Shown here piece by piece: positions 21,424-31,036 of a stretch of DNA of 64,000 nucleotides. The DNA comes from an uncultured bacterium. Its GTDB lineage: Bacteria; Patescibacteriota; Minisyncoccia; UBA6257; 2-01-FULL-56-20. Location of the stretch: NCBI GenBank assembly GCA_963705915.1, contig OY970126.1, positions 515,552 through 579,551 of the forward strand. The letters are read 5' to 3'. Made by a program: the position numbers and the translations under genes. Under the pieces are notes generated by a model that saw only the letters and a program-made list of their open reading frames with translations, did no database searches and was not told the DNA's origin. The stretch's first letter is position 1, and each line of letters opens with the position of its first letter.

Positions 21424-22146
21424 CTACATATTCGTTCTCAACGCATACGCTTCAAGTTCGTTGTTCGCCGGATTAATGCCGGGAATAGCTGGGTACATCA
21501 CCGAAAAACTTTCCGTTGTATTAGGAGCAAAATTATCAATCTCAGTTTGCGAAGAACCAATGGGATTGCCGTCTGCGTCTTTAAAAACCGCGACGATCAA
21601 AACGGTATCGAACGATGCGATGTCGTTGTTCGTAACCTGCCCGTTCACCGAAACGGTACTCGATCCATCTTGTGTTTGGATGTCGCTGAACGCAAATTGT
21701 GGCACGCCGCCCATCGACGAACTCACAACCCATTGTACGTTTGAGAGATCAAGCGAAAGATACGGGGCATTGACCGGGGCCTTATTCGGCGCAACAAGGT
21801 ATTTGATCTCATTCGGATAGATGTATGACGAGCCCGGGATCGTTTCAACGACCGTGCCCGATGCATTAAAAAAATCGAAATTATAATCGAACGCGACTGC
21901 GCCGAAATTGGAGTTTACGTTGGTAACTTTCGCGAGATAGGTGGCGCTTCCCGGCCCCGCCGAAAAAATCCAGACGGTCGACGTCGTGAGCCCCTGCGCC
22001 GCAGATGTTCCGCACGTGGGCCCGGTACACGGCGTTGGCGTAATCGCCGGTTTAATGAAGATATAATACATGCCCGCAAAGAATGCGAGCCAAAGAAGAC
22101 CGTAGAATGTGCCGTAAATGAGCTGTTTGGCCCGACGGGAAGACAT
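21424..22146 (-). CDS. Membrane-anchored protein with beta-sandwich (FxLYD-like) domains
   Basis: N-terminal TM and two beta-rich repeats (FDFFNASG..VE; AVFKDADGNPIG). Start moved to MSSRR, which lies 7 nt after TGcTATAAT. Confidence 0.65.
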   Translation of the reverse strand: MSSRRAKQLIYGTFYGLLWLAFFAGMYYIFIKPAITPTPCTGPTCGTSAAQGLTTSTVWIFSAGPGSATYLAKVTNVNSNFGAVAFDYNFDFFNASGTVVETIPGSSYIYPNEIKYLVAPNKAPVNAPYLSLDLSNVQWVVSSSMGGVPQFAFSDIQTQDGSSTVSVNGQVTNNDIASFDTVLIVAVFKDADGNPIGSSQTEIDNFAPNTTESFSVMYPAIPGINPANNELEAYALRTNM

Positions 22147-22181
22147 ATCATTCATTATAGCAACAAAAAAACGGCCCTTTG

Positions 22182-22300
22182 ATGTCGGCACATCCTACGT
22201 TCCCCATCGTCGAAACAATGAGTATCATCGGATTGGAGCGCTTTCACTTCTCTGTTCGGAATGGGAAGAGGTGGGACACGCCCGAATAAAGCACCGACAT
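22182..22300 (-). rRNA. rrf: 5S rRNA
   Basis: Minus strand contains CCCACCTCTTCCCATTCCGAACAGAGAAGTGAA and CCGATGATACT; terminal helix GATGTCGG/CCGACATC. Ends approximate. Confidence 0.93.
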
Positions 22301-22331
22301 CAAAAGGTCGTTTTTTGTTGTAGAGAAAACA

Positions 22332-22441
22332 GCATTTGTGTTTGTGGTTTGGAGGGTGTCACGGAGGCACGAAGGTGCCGAGTGTCAGCGGTCGCGCCAG
22401 CAGGCGCGAACCGCGACCCTACAAATCACAAACACAAATGC
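22332..22441 (+). repeat. Structured repeat element, copy 3 (23S-5S spacer)
   Basis: About 25-bp outer IR enclosing CAC-GGA-GGCAC-GAAG-GTGCC-GA-GTG and GCGG-TCGCGCC-AGCA-GGCGCGA-A-CCGC. Confidence 0.85.
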
Positions 22442-22569
22442 GTAAGTCAGCATTGGGATGGTTGGCGGGATTATTAGTATCACTTGGCTTAACGCATTGC
22501 TGCGCTTACACCTATGACCTATCAACGTCGTAGTCTTCGACGAAATCACGCACACCTAATCTTGGGGTG

Positions 22570-22602
<33 letters not shown>

Positions 22603-22681
22603 CTTCCATACATAGCTACTCGGCAATTCACCTGGTGGCAAAGCCGATAGACCAGAGGTATGTTCAGTCCAGTCCTCTCGT

Positions 22682-23463
22682 CGATTACTCACATATTACT
22701 ATGTGCTCAGACTATATCTTCATCCTTCCGCAAAGCGGTGTCGGACGTCGGCATATTATAGCGATTCAAAAACCGCTATCCGGTCATTCGGTATAGAACC
22801 GAAGACACAAGTCGTTACGGGGTCAAACCAAAAATCGTTTTTAATTCTTCTTTGGATCTTTTCTTTCTTGTAGCATAATTTTCGGATTGAACAATCAATA
22901 TATTATCTATTAATTGTTCTTTGACTGGCGACAAGTCGCAGCCAGCAGACAAAAGTAGTCGAGCTGAACTTATAATAGCTTGTGCCTGTTTCTTTTTAAA
23001 TTTAAGAAATGGCAACAAACTTTCTAAAATGTTCATCACCCGTTTGTGTCCGTTGATTCGCAGCTCCGTCATCCCATCATTTCTCCGATAAATGTATCCT
23101 ATGCCCAAGACTGTCCTGATCCAATGGAGCGGTTGGTCATGCCGGGAATCCTGATAAAAACAGATGGTCAGCATGACCCTTCGTGTTTTTAATCGAGATT
23201 CTGAACGCCGCTTGAGTTGTATCATCAAGCTACCATCTCCGTCCAAGAATCCAGCGATATACGCTAGATCGATTTGAGATTGACTTCCCACGGTATTGCC
23301 CTGTTCTTGTACCATATCTCAATGGTAAGGAATGAGGACCGTAATTCAAGCTGCCTTTAATAAATTTTTAATAAAAATATTAAGGACGCCGAAGTAAGAA
23401 TAGGGTTTCACCGTTATTAGCCGAGTTGGCAATCTGGATTACTCCAGAAAGTAGCAATTTCTT
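22682..23463 (-). mobile_element. Group I intron in the 23S sarcin-ricin loop (after E. coli-equivalent U2656)
   Basis: Exons join as CTTAGT|ACGAGAGGA. The intron ends in G. P1 is UAGU^AA-GAAA-UUGCUA with a U.G pair. R-like CGTAACGACT and S-like AAGATATAGTC are present. Confidence 0.9.
22815..23315 (-). CDS. Single-motif LAGLIDADG homing endonuclease
   Basis: LAYIAGFLDGDGS and LLPFLKFKKKQA; located inside the intron. Confidence 0.93.
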   Translation of the reverse strand: MVQEQGNTVGSQSQIDLAYIAGFLDGDGSLMIQLKRRSESRLKTRRVMLTICFYQDSRHDQPLHWIRTVLGIGYIYRRNDGMTELRINGHKRVMNILESLLPFLKFKKKQAQAIISSARLLLSAGCDLSPVKEQLIDNILIVQSENYATRKKRSKEELKTIFGLTP

Positions 23464-23503
23464 ACTAAGACCAACTCCCCTCAAGTGTTAAACGCCTGCA
23501 GCA

Positions 23504-23544
<41 letters not shown>

Positions 23545-24413
23545 ACGTGCCACTTTAATTGGCGAACAGCCAAACGCTTGGGAGCTTCTCCACCCCCGCG
23601 CTGTGGCGAGCCGACATCGAGGTGCCGAGCATTGTCGTCGCTAGGGACGCTCGGACAATACTAGCCTGTTATCCCCGGAGTAGCTTTTATCCGGTGTCTC
23701 CGGCCTTTCTATCAAGAATTTAATGAATCGTAAGAAACAATAAATATAGCCGTCGGGTCACTAACTTCTGCTTTCGCACCTGCTCGACTTGTAGGTCTCG
23801 CAGTCAAGCCAGCTTTTGCGTTTGCACGTCCTGCCCGATTTCCATCCGGGCTAAGCTGACCTTAATAAACTCCTCCGTTACTCTTTTGGAGGAAAACGCC
23901 CCATTTAAACTGCCTACCAAGCACTGTCTCAGTTGGGTTTCCTCTAGGGTCCCCAACCGGTTAGACGTTAAAGTTCTAAAAATGGCTGTTTCATTGTCGG
24001 ATCCACACAACCCGAGAGCTGTGCTTCAAATCCTCACCACTACGCTACGTAGTAGAACTCTAAAATCAATACCAAGCTGCAGTAAAGCTTCCGGGGTCTT
24101 TTCGTCCCGCTGCAGGTATCCCGCGTCTTCACGGGAATCGCATTTTCACCGAGCTTGCCTCTGAGACAGTTCTCCGGTCGTTACGCCTTTCGTGCGCTTC
24201 GGAACTTACCCGAAAAGGAATTGCGCTACCTTAGAACGATTATAGTTATCGCTGACATTGACGAGGGCTTGAGTCAGTGAGCCTCCGTATTGCTACGGCA
24301 CCCCCAACCTTGACCTTCTCGCATCGGTCAGGCGTCACCCCCTATACATCCTCTTGCGAGTTAGCAGGGAGCTGTGTTTTTGGTAAACAGTCGCCAGAGA
24401 GACTTTTGTTGCA

Positions 24414-24754
24414 GCCCAACACCACTTTGATTTCAAGATTAAAGAAAGCTGTTTTTGATCCTTTTATAAAGCTCTTGCTTAGCTCTACCATGACTTTTTA
24501 ATCGTTGTTCTCTGCGAAGAGCGTCCTCAAAACTTCGATACGCTTCAATGTAAACAAATTTCCATTCGCCTACACTTCGTTTAGTAGCAGTTTGAAGACC
24601 ACGATTATGCTCAGATAATCTACGTCGAAGATTTTTTGTATGTCCGATGTAGAACTCTTTTGTCACAGTATTTTGGATGAAGTAAACAGCAAACATTTGC
24701 TCATTTTAATCCTATGCGGATTAAAAATATCTTAAAAGCAAAGTGGTGCTGGGC
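24414..24754 (-). mobile_element. ORF-bearing intervening sequence in 23S helix 63
   Basis: 26-bp imperfect stem (24414-24439 / 24729-24754, with G.U pairs on the rRNA strand) enclosing an AT-rich ORF; rRNA sequence continues on both sides. Confidence 0.8.
24439..24696 (-). CDS. Small GIY-YIG nuclease
   Basis: AVYFIQ...FYIGHT.NL.RRL.EHN.G...A..RE..LK; 85 aa. Confidence 0.9.
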   Translation of the reverse strand: MFAVYFIQNTVTKEFYIGHTKNLRRRLSEHNRGLQTATKRSVGEWKFVYIEAYRSFEDALRREQRLKSHGRAKQELYKRIKNSFL

Positions 24755-25987
24755 AGGCCTTATCGCTAACTTACGGCCGCTTTTTTGCCTAGTTCCTTAG
24801 AGGCAAATCACTCGTTCCCCTTGGGCTACTCGCCCTATCCACCAGTGTCGGTTTACGGTACGGTTCCCATGTTTCATAACAAACACGCTTTTCTCGAAGG
24901 GCTCTTCACGATCATTAGCCAGGTAAATTCCTGACCTTCCGCCTCCGGCCGCTTGAACTTGCCGGTAGCGATATCAAACCAATAAGACACGATCGCTTAT
25001 TTCCCTTGCACGTGCAGGATAAAAACATAGGAGGGCTGGAATATTAACCAGCATTCCATCGACTGCCCCTTTCGGGATTGCCTTAGGACCGCCTAACCCG
25101 TGGTTGATTGCCAGTGCCACGGAAACCTTAGATTTTCGGGGTTCCAATTTCTCATTGGGATTGTGGTTACTCGTTCCGACATTTTCTCTTCCGGACGCTC
25201 CAGTCGCCCTCGCGGGTCGACCTTCACTGCAACCGGAATGCTCTCCTACCAGACGTGTCTCCCGAAGGAAACACGAATTCGTATCTTCGGTGCCGTGCTT
25301 GAGCCCCGATACATTTTCGGCGCCACCACCCGTCGAATAGTGAGTTGTTACACACTCTTTAAAGGATGGCTACCTCTAAGCCAACCTCCTATCTGTCTAT
25401 GGGTGATAACTACCTTTAACACTGAGCACGGACTTGGGGACCTTAGATGACGATCTGGGCTCTTCCCCTCGCGACCATGGAGCTTAGCCCCCACAGTCTG
25501 ACTAGTGAGTTTTTGACTCTCGGTATTCGGAGTTTGATTGATCTGTCGGCCTTTCGGCCTTTACAGATCATCCAGTGCTCTACCCCCAAGAGGAACACTC
25601 ACCGCTAGTCCTAAAACTATTTCGGAGAGAACCAGCTATTACGTAATTCGATTAGCTTTTCACTCCTTACCTCAGCTCATCCGAAGATTTTGAACAATCA
25701 ACCGGTTCGGGCCTCCCTCTCGATTTCTCGAGAGTTCACCCTGGCCAAGGTAAGCTCATCACGCTTCGGGTCTAGACTGTGCCGCCTATAGTTCGCCCTA
25801 TTAAGACTCGCTTTCGCTGCGCCTTCGCGCTATTCGCGCTTAGACAAGCGACACAATATAAGTCGTCGGATCATTCTTCAATAGGCACATTGTCGTTCTC
25901 GTCCGCGGATTGCTCCGCAGCCGTTCGAACTTCAATTCCTTGTAGACAAATGGTTTCAGGTTCTATTTCAACGGCCTCACCGGCCTG

Positions 25988-26024
<37 letters not shown>

Positions 26025-26903
26025 ATCTAGAAAAGTATTTAGCCTTACCAGATAGTACTGGCAAATTCCTTCGAAACTGTTTTACTTCGAAGTACTCAAG
26101 TAGGTAAACTAAGGAGACCAAAAGTTTTCGTCTACGGGGCTATCACCCGCTATGGCACTGGCTTTCCAGCCAGCTTCGACTAACTCATGATTTTTTGACT
26201 CCTCCACCAACCTCATAAATAACACAAGGTACATTGCTATACCCTATGTTATTTAGGAGGAGAGCGTTCATCACTTATAACTCCAAGGTTTGACCTTGCG
26301 ATCAGAACCTTAGTCTGGGCTCTTCCCTTTTCTCTCGCCGATACTCAGGGAATAAACTGTTTGTTCTTTGTTCCTCCGGCTACTGAAATGTTTTACTTCG
26401 CCGGGTACGCTCTTGGATTGCTCCAAGCCATTGAGGTTTACTCAACGAGGTTCCCCCATTCGGAAATTCCCGGATCACAGGTTGCTACGCACCTCCCCGA
26501 GACATATCGCTGCTACGCCGCGTCCTTCATCGCCTTTTCTAGTCTAGGCATCCACCATTCGCCCTTAATGCCAACCATCCCAATGCTGACTTAAATTTAT
26601 TTGCTCTGCCTGCCAAGAGAAATTGCGCGCGTGAAAAGTGCAAAACATCAAGCGCGTGCCTGGTCTCTCTATAATATAGAGCGGCTCCAGACATAAGATG
26701 GCGCAGAGCTACATATAATGACTCCGACTCTACAATTCGGAGTTCGTTCATGGACTATCGAACGAATTATGGAAAATTGCGTTCGACAGGATACCTAAGA
26801 AAAAAATCAGCCGCACATCGCGGCCGCTCTGCCATCATAAAATGGCGGGTTCAGCCGCTTGCTTTGAGAAGATTTTTATTCGTAAGCATCTGTCTTAGGG
26901 ATA

Positions 26904-26931
26904 AGTATACTCAGCTTGAAAAGGGTGTCAA
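26904..26931 (-). promoter_or_regulatory. Promoter of the stand-alone 23S-5S unit
   Basis: TTGACA-16 nt-TATACT about 320 nt upstream of the 23S. Confidence 0.75.
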
Positions 26932-26998
26932 GCATGATGGAAACAGATCAAAAGTTTCAAAAATAAAACCGCCTGGCGACATTGCTTGTAAAGCTTCG

Positions 26999-27358
26999 CT
27001 AGGCGGTTGGCTCCTGATCAAACAGGAGGAATCGGGGACCGGTTTTGGGCTTTTTGAGGTTGAGCGCTCCTGGGACTTCGTCTGATGGCTCGAGGAGCGC
27101 GTCGATCTCTGCGTCGGTCACGTATGCATCGACGCCAAATGAATGTGGCTGTAGGCGGACGAGCTTCTGAAAGCACGTACAGCACCTGAACAATCCACAA
27201 ACTAGGATCTTATCTTCGTTCGCGCTCATCGTCCGATTGCAAGCGGTGCAAACAAGTTCGAACTCGACTTTCGTCTTCGCTCCGTTATCATCAGGAATAA
27301 CGACTCTCGCGAGATCAAGATACGATCGCAAGACAATTTTCTTGTCGGCCACGGGCAT
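26999..27358 (-). CDS. Hypothetical protein (CxxC motifs)
   Basis: 119 aa with CTAC and CCTC; AAGGAGG SD; hairpin at the 3' end. Confidence 0.6.
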   Translation of the reverse strand: MPVADKKIVLRSYLDLARVVIPDDNGAKTKVEFELVCTACNRTMSANEDKILVCGLFRCCTCFQKLVRLQPHSFGVDAYVTDAEIDALLEPSDEVPGALNLKKPKTGPRFLLFDQEPTA

Positions 27359-27495
27359 GTGATTGTCCTCCTTTCTTTTGTGAAGTTACTAACGAGCCTC
27401 GTGGCTCATCGCTATTATTACAGAAAAAATAAAAAAGTCAATCATGGCAATGTTTGAAATTTTTCTTAAAACAAGGTTAAATACCTTGGTATCTA

Positions 27496-27566
27496 CGGGC
27501 CGTAGTATACCGGTAGTACGTGCGCTTCGGGTGCGTAAAGACTGGGTTCGATTCCCAGCGGCCCGA
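27496..27566 (+). tRNA. tRNA-Pro(CGG)
   Basis: CGGGCCG/CGGCCCG acceptor, TGCGC-TT-CGG-GT-GCGTA anticodon arm and GGTTCGATTCC. CCA is not encoded. Confidence 0.95.
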
Positions 27567-27568
27567 CT

Positions 27569-27688
27569 CACAAAAACAAAGCATGGCATTATGAGGTACG
27601 CAGTCTCGCGCTACTGCGCGAGCTGCTCCGCTCTCGATCGCCTACGCGATCTCCGAGAGCCCTCATAATGCCATGCTTTGTTTTTGTG
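27569..27688 (-). repeat. Structured repeat element, copy 4
   Basis: Perfect 28-bp outer IR. The minus strand reads TC-GGA-GATCGC-GTAG-GCGATC-GA-GA and GCAG-CTCGCGC-AGTA-GCGCGAG-A-CTGC. Confidence 0.85.
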
Positions 27689-27699
27689 CCTATTCCTTT

Positions 27700-29163
27700 C
27701 TACACGTGGAATTTTTTCTTAATCTCGTTTTCGGCTTCTTCTTTAAATTCGTCTTTGGTTTCTCGCGCCCGGTCGGCGAGCTTTTTGAGGTCGTTATCGT
27801 TCATCTTGTGCAACGCCTTCATACGTTTCAAGAGGTATGCGCGATCGTTTTTTTCTGGATCCTCCAAAACTTCTTCAAGCAGCGCAACGATGATCCATCC
27901 AACGCGCATGCCTTCCGGAAGACCGAGCTCTTTCATCACGTCGTCGCCGTTCACCTTGAGCATCTTAGGCGAAATCGGATCGTCCTTTACCTTCTCAATC
28001 ATAAAGAGCAAATGACGCAACTTGTAAGGCACGGCTTTCTTGACGCCCGAACCGATCCGGTCGGCTTCACGAACTTTTAATAAATCGGGAACGGTTTCCG
28101 GGCCAACGCGCGCAAGAAATCGCCGCACGCCATGTGCCGTCACGTCGCCAACGTTGTAATAGAACATGTGCTGGCGCACGAGGTGCGTTACGTCTTCAAC
28201 AAACTCTCGTGAGAAGCGCAATCGATCGAGCGCTTTCGCCGCCATCTTTGCTCCGATGTATTCATGGTTGTAAAACGTTGACTTCGGACCCTCACCGGCT
28301 TTCGCGCGAGGCTTGCCGGCGTCGTGAAGCAATGCGGCCATCCGGACTTCGAGTGAATACCCTTCGCGGGCGGTGTAATCGAGTGCACGGATGTTGTGTT
28401 CGAAGACGGTATAAATATGATGGAGATTTTGTTCAACGCCGATCCCTTCGCGAAGTTCAGGCAAAACATACTGGAGAAGGCCCAGCTCTTCAAGAAGCAC
28501 GATCCCCTTTGCGGCGCGGGGGGTCATCACAATTTTCACGAGCTCTTCGCGGATGCGCTCTTTCGCGATCACTTCGAGTTCGCGCGAATACTTTTCAATC
28601 GCGCGACGGGTATTCAGTTCAATTTCAAAATCAAGTTCAACAGCAAATCGTACCGCGCGCATAAGCCTTAGAGCGTCTTCATGGAAACGGACTTCTGGAT
28701 CGCCGACAGTTCTGATGATTGCTTTCTTGAGATCTTTTTGCCCGCCGTGCGGATCGATGATTTCACCGCCCAAAGACATCGCCATCCCATTCACGGTAAA
28801 GTCCCGGCGGCTCAAGTCGTCTTCGATCGTGCGAGCAAACGTGACCTCGTCGGGATGGCGTTTGTCGGTGTATTTCCCCTCAATGCGATATGTCGTGACT
28901 TCGATCACTTTGAGCTTTGAATTTTCTGAGTCGGTTTTCACGCCGACCGTGCCGAAGGTATTTTCGTAAACGCTGTCAGGAAAAAGTTTGAGAATCTCCG
29001 GCGGCTTTGCGTTCGTCGCAATATCCCAGTCTTTTGGCTCGCGCCCCAACAAAAGATCGCGGACGCAGCCGCCAACAAGATAGGCTTCAAAACCGGCTTT
29101 TGCAAGCTTCGCTGCGATTTCTGAAACTTCAGCCGGAACCGTTTTGAGGTCCGATTTCATCAT
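27700..29163 (-). CDS. cca: CCA-adding tRNA nucleotidyltransferase with HD domain
   Basis: VGGCVRD..LG..PKDWDIAT, DLSRRDFTVN, EDALRLMRAVRF and LLHDAGKP. Confidence 0.9.
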   Translation of the reverse strand: MMKSDLKTVPAEVSEIAAKLAKAGFEAYLVGGCVRDLLLGREPKDWDIATNAKPPEILKLFPDSVYENTFGTVGVKTDSENSKLKVIEVTTYRIEGKYTDKRHPDEVTFARTIEDDLSRRDFTVNGMAMSLGGEIIDPHGGQKDLKKAIIRTVGDPEVRFHEDALRLMRAVRFAVELDFEIELNTRRAIEKYSRELEVIAKERIREELVKIVMTPRAAKGIVLLEELGLLQYVLPELREGIGVEQNLHHIYTVFEHNIRALDYTAREGYSLEVRMAALLHDAGKPRAKAGEGPKSTFYNHEYIGAKMAAKALDRLRFSREFVEDVTHLVRQHMFYYNVGDVTAHGVRRFLARVGPETVPDLLKVREADRIGSGVKKAVPYKLRHLLFMIEKVKDDPISPKMLKVNGDDVMKELGLPEGMRVGWIIVALLEEVLEDPEKNDRAYLLKRMKALHKMNDNDLKKLADRARETKDEFKEEAENEIKKKFHV

Positions 29164-29186
29164 TACGTAATAACTATAACCTAAAA

Positions 29187-30326
29187 CTACCGCACGGTCG
29201 CACCGAATTCTTTGGCGGTCTCCTGTTCAATACTCTTGTGCAAGACGTCCACCTCGTCGTTCGTAAGCGTGCGATCACTTGAGCGATAGGTTATGCGATA
29301 GGCATAGCTTTTGTTCCCTGCACCAAACTTAGCATCGTTCTCATAGGAATCGATAAGCTCCACTTGTTCAACAAGATCTCCCGCGATATCGCGGACAAGA
29401 TCAAAATAATCGTTCGGGCTGAAGGTTTTCGGGACAATGAATGAGATGTCGCGCACCACGGGCGGATATTTGCTGACTTCCACAAACTTTTGCCCCATAT
29501 GAAGCTGGCGCTTCACGCGTTCATCGTCTGACCATAAGAGGCGAATGTCTGGCAACTCCATACTGATGATGGCAAGCCGTTCGAGGCCGAAACCAAACGC
29601 CCATGCGTTATATCCTTCGACGCCGAATTTTTTGAAAACGCTTTGCTTCGTCATGCCGCCGCCCAAAATTTCAACCCATTGGCCGTTCACTTTCACTTCC
29701 ACCTGAAGCGACGGATCGGTGTATGGGAACGTGTCATCCAAAAACCGATACTCGACATCGGCGCCGAACAATCCTTGTACAATCTCAATCAACGCATTCC
29801 GCAAATCATCGATCGTGAGCGGCATTGTGTCGGCTGGCGTCATGTACCATCCACCAAACTGATGAAAGATGTTCATGTGCTTGCGGTCAATCTCATCTTT
29901 ACGGTAGACCTTGCCGTAGCAGACAACGCCGAGCGGTTCTCGTCGCGCAAGACGTTCTTTTACCTCGGGGAGTTGCGTGTAGTAATACCACATGACCGTG
30001 TCATGCGTGCGAAGAATATTGTTATCATCTATATAATAGGTGTCCGACTTGCTCCGCGCGGGATGGTCGACCGGGAAATCGAAAAGATCAAAACTGATGT
30101 CTGCCGGGACAATTTCGGGAATAATGATGTCGTCGAAATTTTTGAGTGCCGAAACGCTTTTTGCCTTTTCGACGATTTCATGGAGCGGGCTCCCCGGCGT
30201 GCGCGAAAGGTCGGGCATCGCAAGATAGCGTTTGATCCGCTGCGCTTCAGCATCGGTGCGCGTATTAAGCAACGTCAAAATCTTTTTTTGCTCGTCCAAC
30301 GAGACGCGATATTCATGCGATTCCAT
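29187..30326 (-). CDS. pheS: Single-chain (mitochondrial-type) phenylalanine--tRNA ligase: catalytic domain plus FDX anticodon-binding domain
   Basis: FD.FDFP.DHPARSKSDTYY, FPYTDPS and AFGFGLERLA..PDIRLLWS, then SKYPPVVRDISF...YRITYRSSDRTLTNDEV. Start placed 7 nt after TACAAT. Confidence 0.92.
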   Translation of the reverse strand: MESHEYRVSLDEQKKILTLLNTRTDAEAQRIKRYLAMPDLSRTPGSPLHEIVEKAKSVSALKNFDDIIIPEIVPADISFDLFDFPVDHPARSKSDTYYIDDNNILRTHDTVMWYYYTQLPEVKERLARREPLGVVCYGKVYRKDEIDRKHMNIFHQFGGWYMTPADTMPLTIDDLRNALIEIVQGLFGADVEYRFLDDTFPYTDPSLQVEVKVNGQWVEILGGGMTKQSVFKKFGVEGYNAWAFGFGLERLAIISMELPDIRLLWSDDERVKRQLHMGQKFVEVSKYPPVVRDISFIVPKTFSPNDYFDLVRDIAGDLVEQVELIDSYENDAKFGAGNKSYAYRITYRSSDRTLTNDEVDVLHKSIEQETAKEFGATVR

Positions 30327-30422
30327 AGAGAGTATTGTAGCGGTATCGATTGTCATTTTCAAATTTTTGTGATATCCTCTGTGCGCAATGAACTTTGACA
30401 TCATGCAATAGAAGGAGGAACG

Positions 30423-31025
30423 ATGGACATGGATACTAAGCGAGTGCTTGAAATCCTTGAGTACATTGGTGCGCTCAAAGATGTTCACACCGAAACCCAT
30501 TCCAAAAGGCACGTACGACGCTATTTCGACAAGCGAGTGCTTTTCGCGGATACTTTCAACACCGGACGCATATCGACGGCGCTGGCGGATCTTTTTTTAA
30601 ACGATCCGGTCGATGTTGTATGCGGGCCACCGCAAGGCGGGATGATCCTCGCAGGACCTGTATCGGAACGCCTCAGGGAAAAATTTCGCAAGGAGATACC
30701 GGTCATCTCAATAGAAAAGAATGAAGACGGAACGCTCGTCGTATCGCAAGCTTCCCGCGAAGCCTTGACGGGCAAGACCGTTTTGATTGTCGAGGATACC
30801 GTGACGACCGGCGGAAGCGTACGAGAGGTCGTGCGCATTGCAAGAGCTTCCGGCGCAAAGAAAATCCTCGTCGGCGCCATACTCAATCGCGGCGACGTCC
30901 GAGCAAAGCAGCTCGACGCCGATCGCTTCAGATACCTTGCTTCCATGGTTCCAGAAGATTGGCTTCCTGAAAATTGTCCGCTTTGTAAAGCCGGCATTCC
31001 TCTTGAGCCGACACCCGGAAAATAG
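30423..31025 (+). CDS. pyrE: Orotate phosphoribosyltransferase
   Basis: PRPP loop VLIVEDTVTTGGSV and C-terminal CPLC; next to a pyrF-like gene. Confidence 0.8.
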   Translation: MDMDTKRVLEILEYIGALKDVHTETHSKRHVRRYFDKRVLFADTFNTGRISTALADLFLNDPVDVVCGPPQGGMILAGPVSERLREKFRKEIPVISIEKNEDGTLVVSQASREALTGKTVLIVEDTVTTGGSVREVVRIARASGAKKILVGAILNRGDVRAKQLDADRFRYLASMVPEDWLPENCPLCKAGIPLEPTPGK

Positions 31026-31036
31026 AAAGGCCGTCC

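Noticed and set aside
23960-24070. Possible loss of the L1-stalk rRNA (H76-78) accompanying the absence of rplA next to rplK
   Set aside because: By eye the region is about the same length as the canonical one and H78 appears present, so it gives no support for uL1 loss.
26190-26310. Extended hairpin in 23S domain I as a third intron
   Set aside because: It is short, has no ORF or splicing core, and lies in a naturally variable region; treated as an expansion segment.
30327-30512. N-terminal extension of PheRS given in the ORF track
   Set aside because: It overlaps the divergent pyrE gene, and a -10 box 7 nt before ATG 30326 supports the shorter start.
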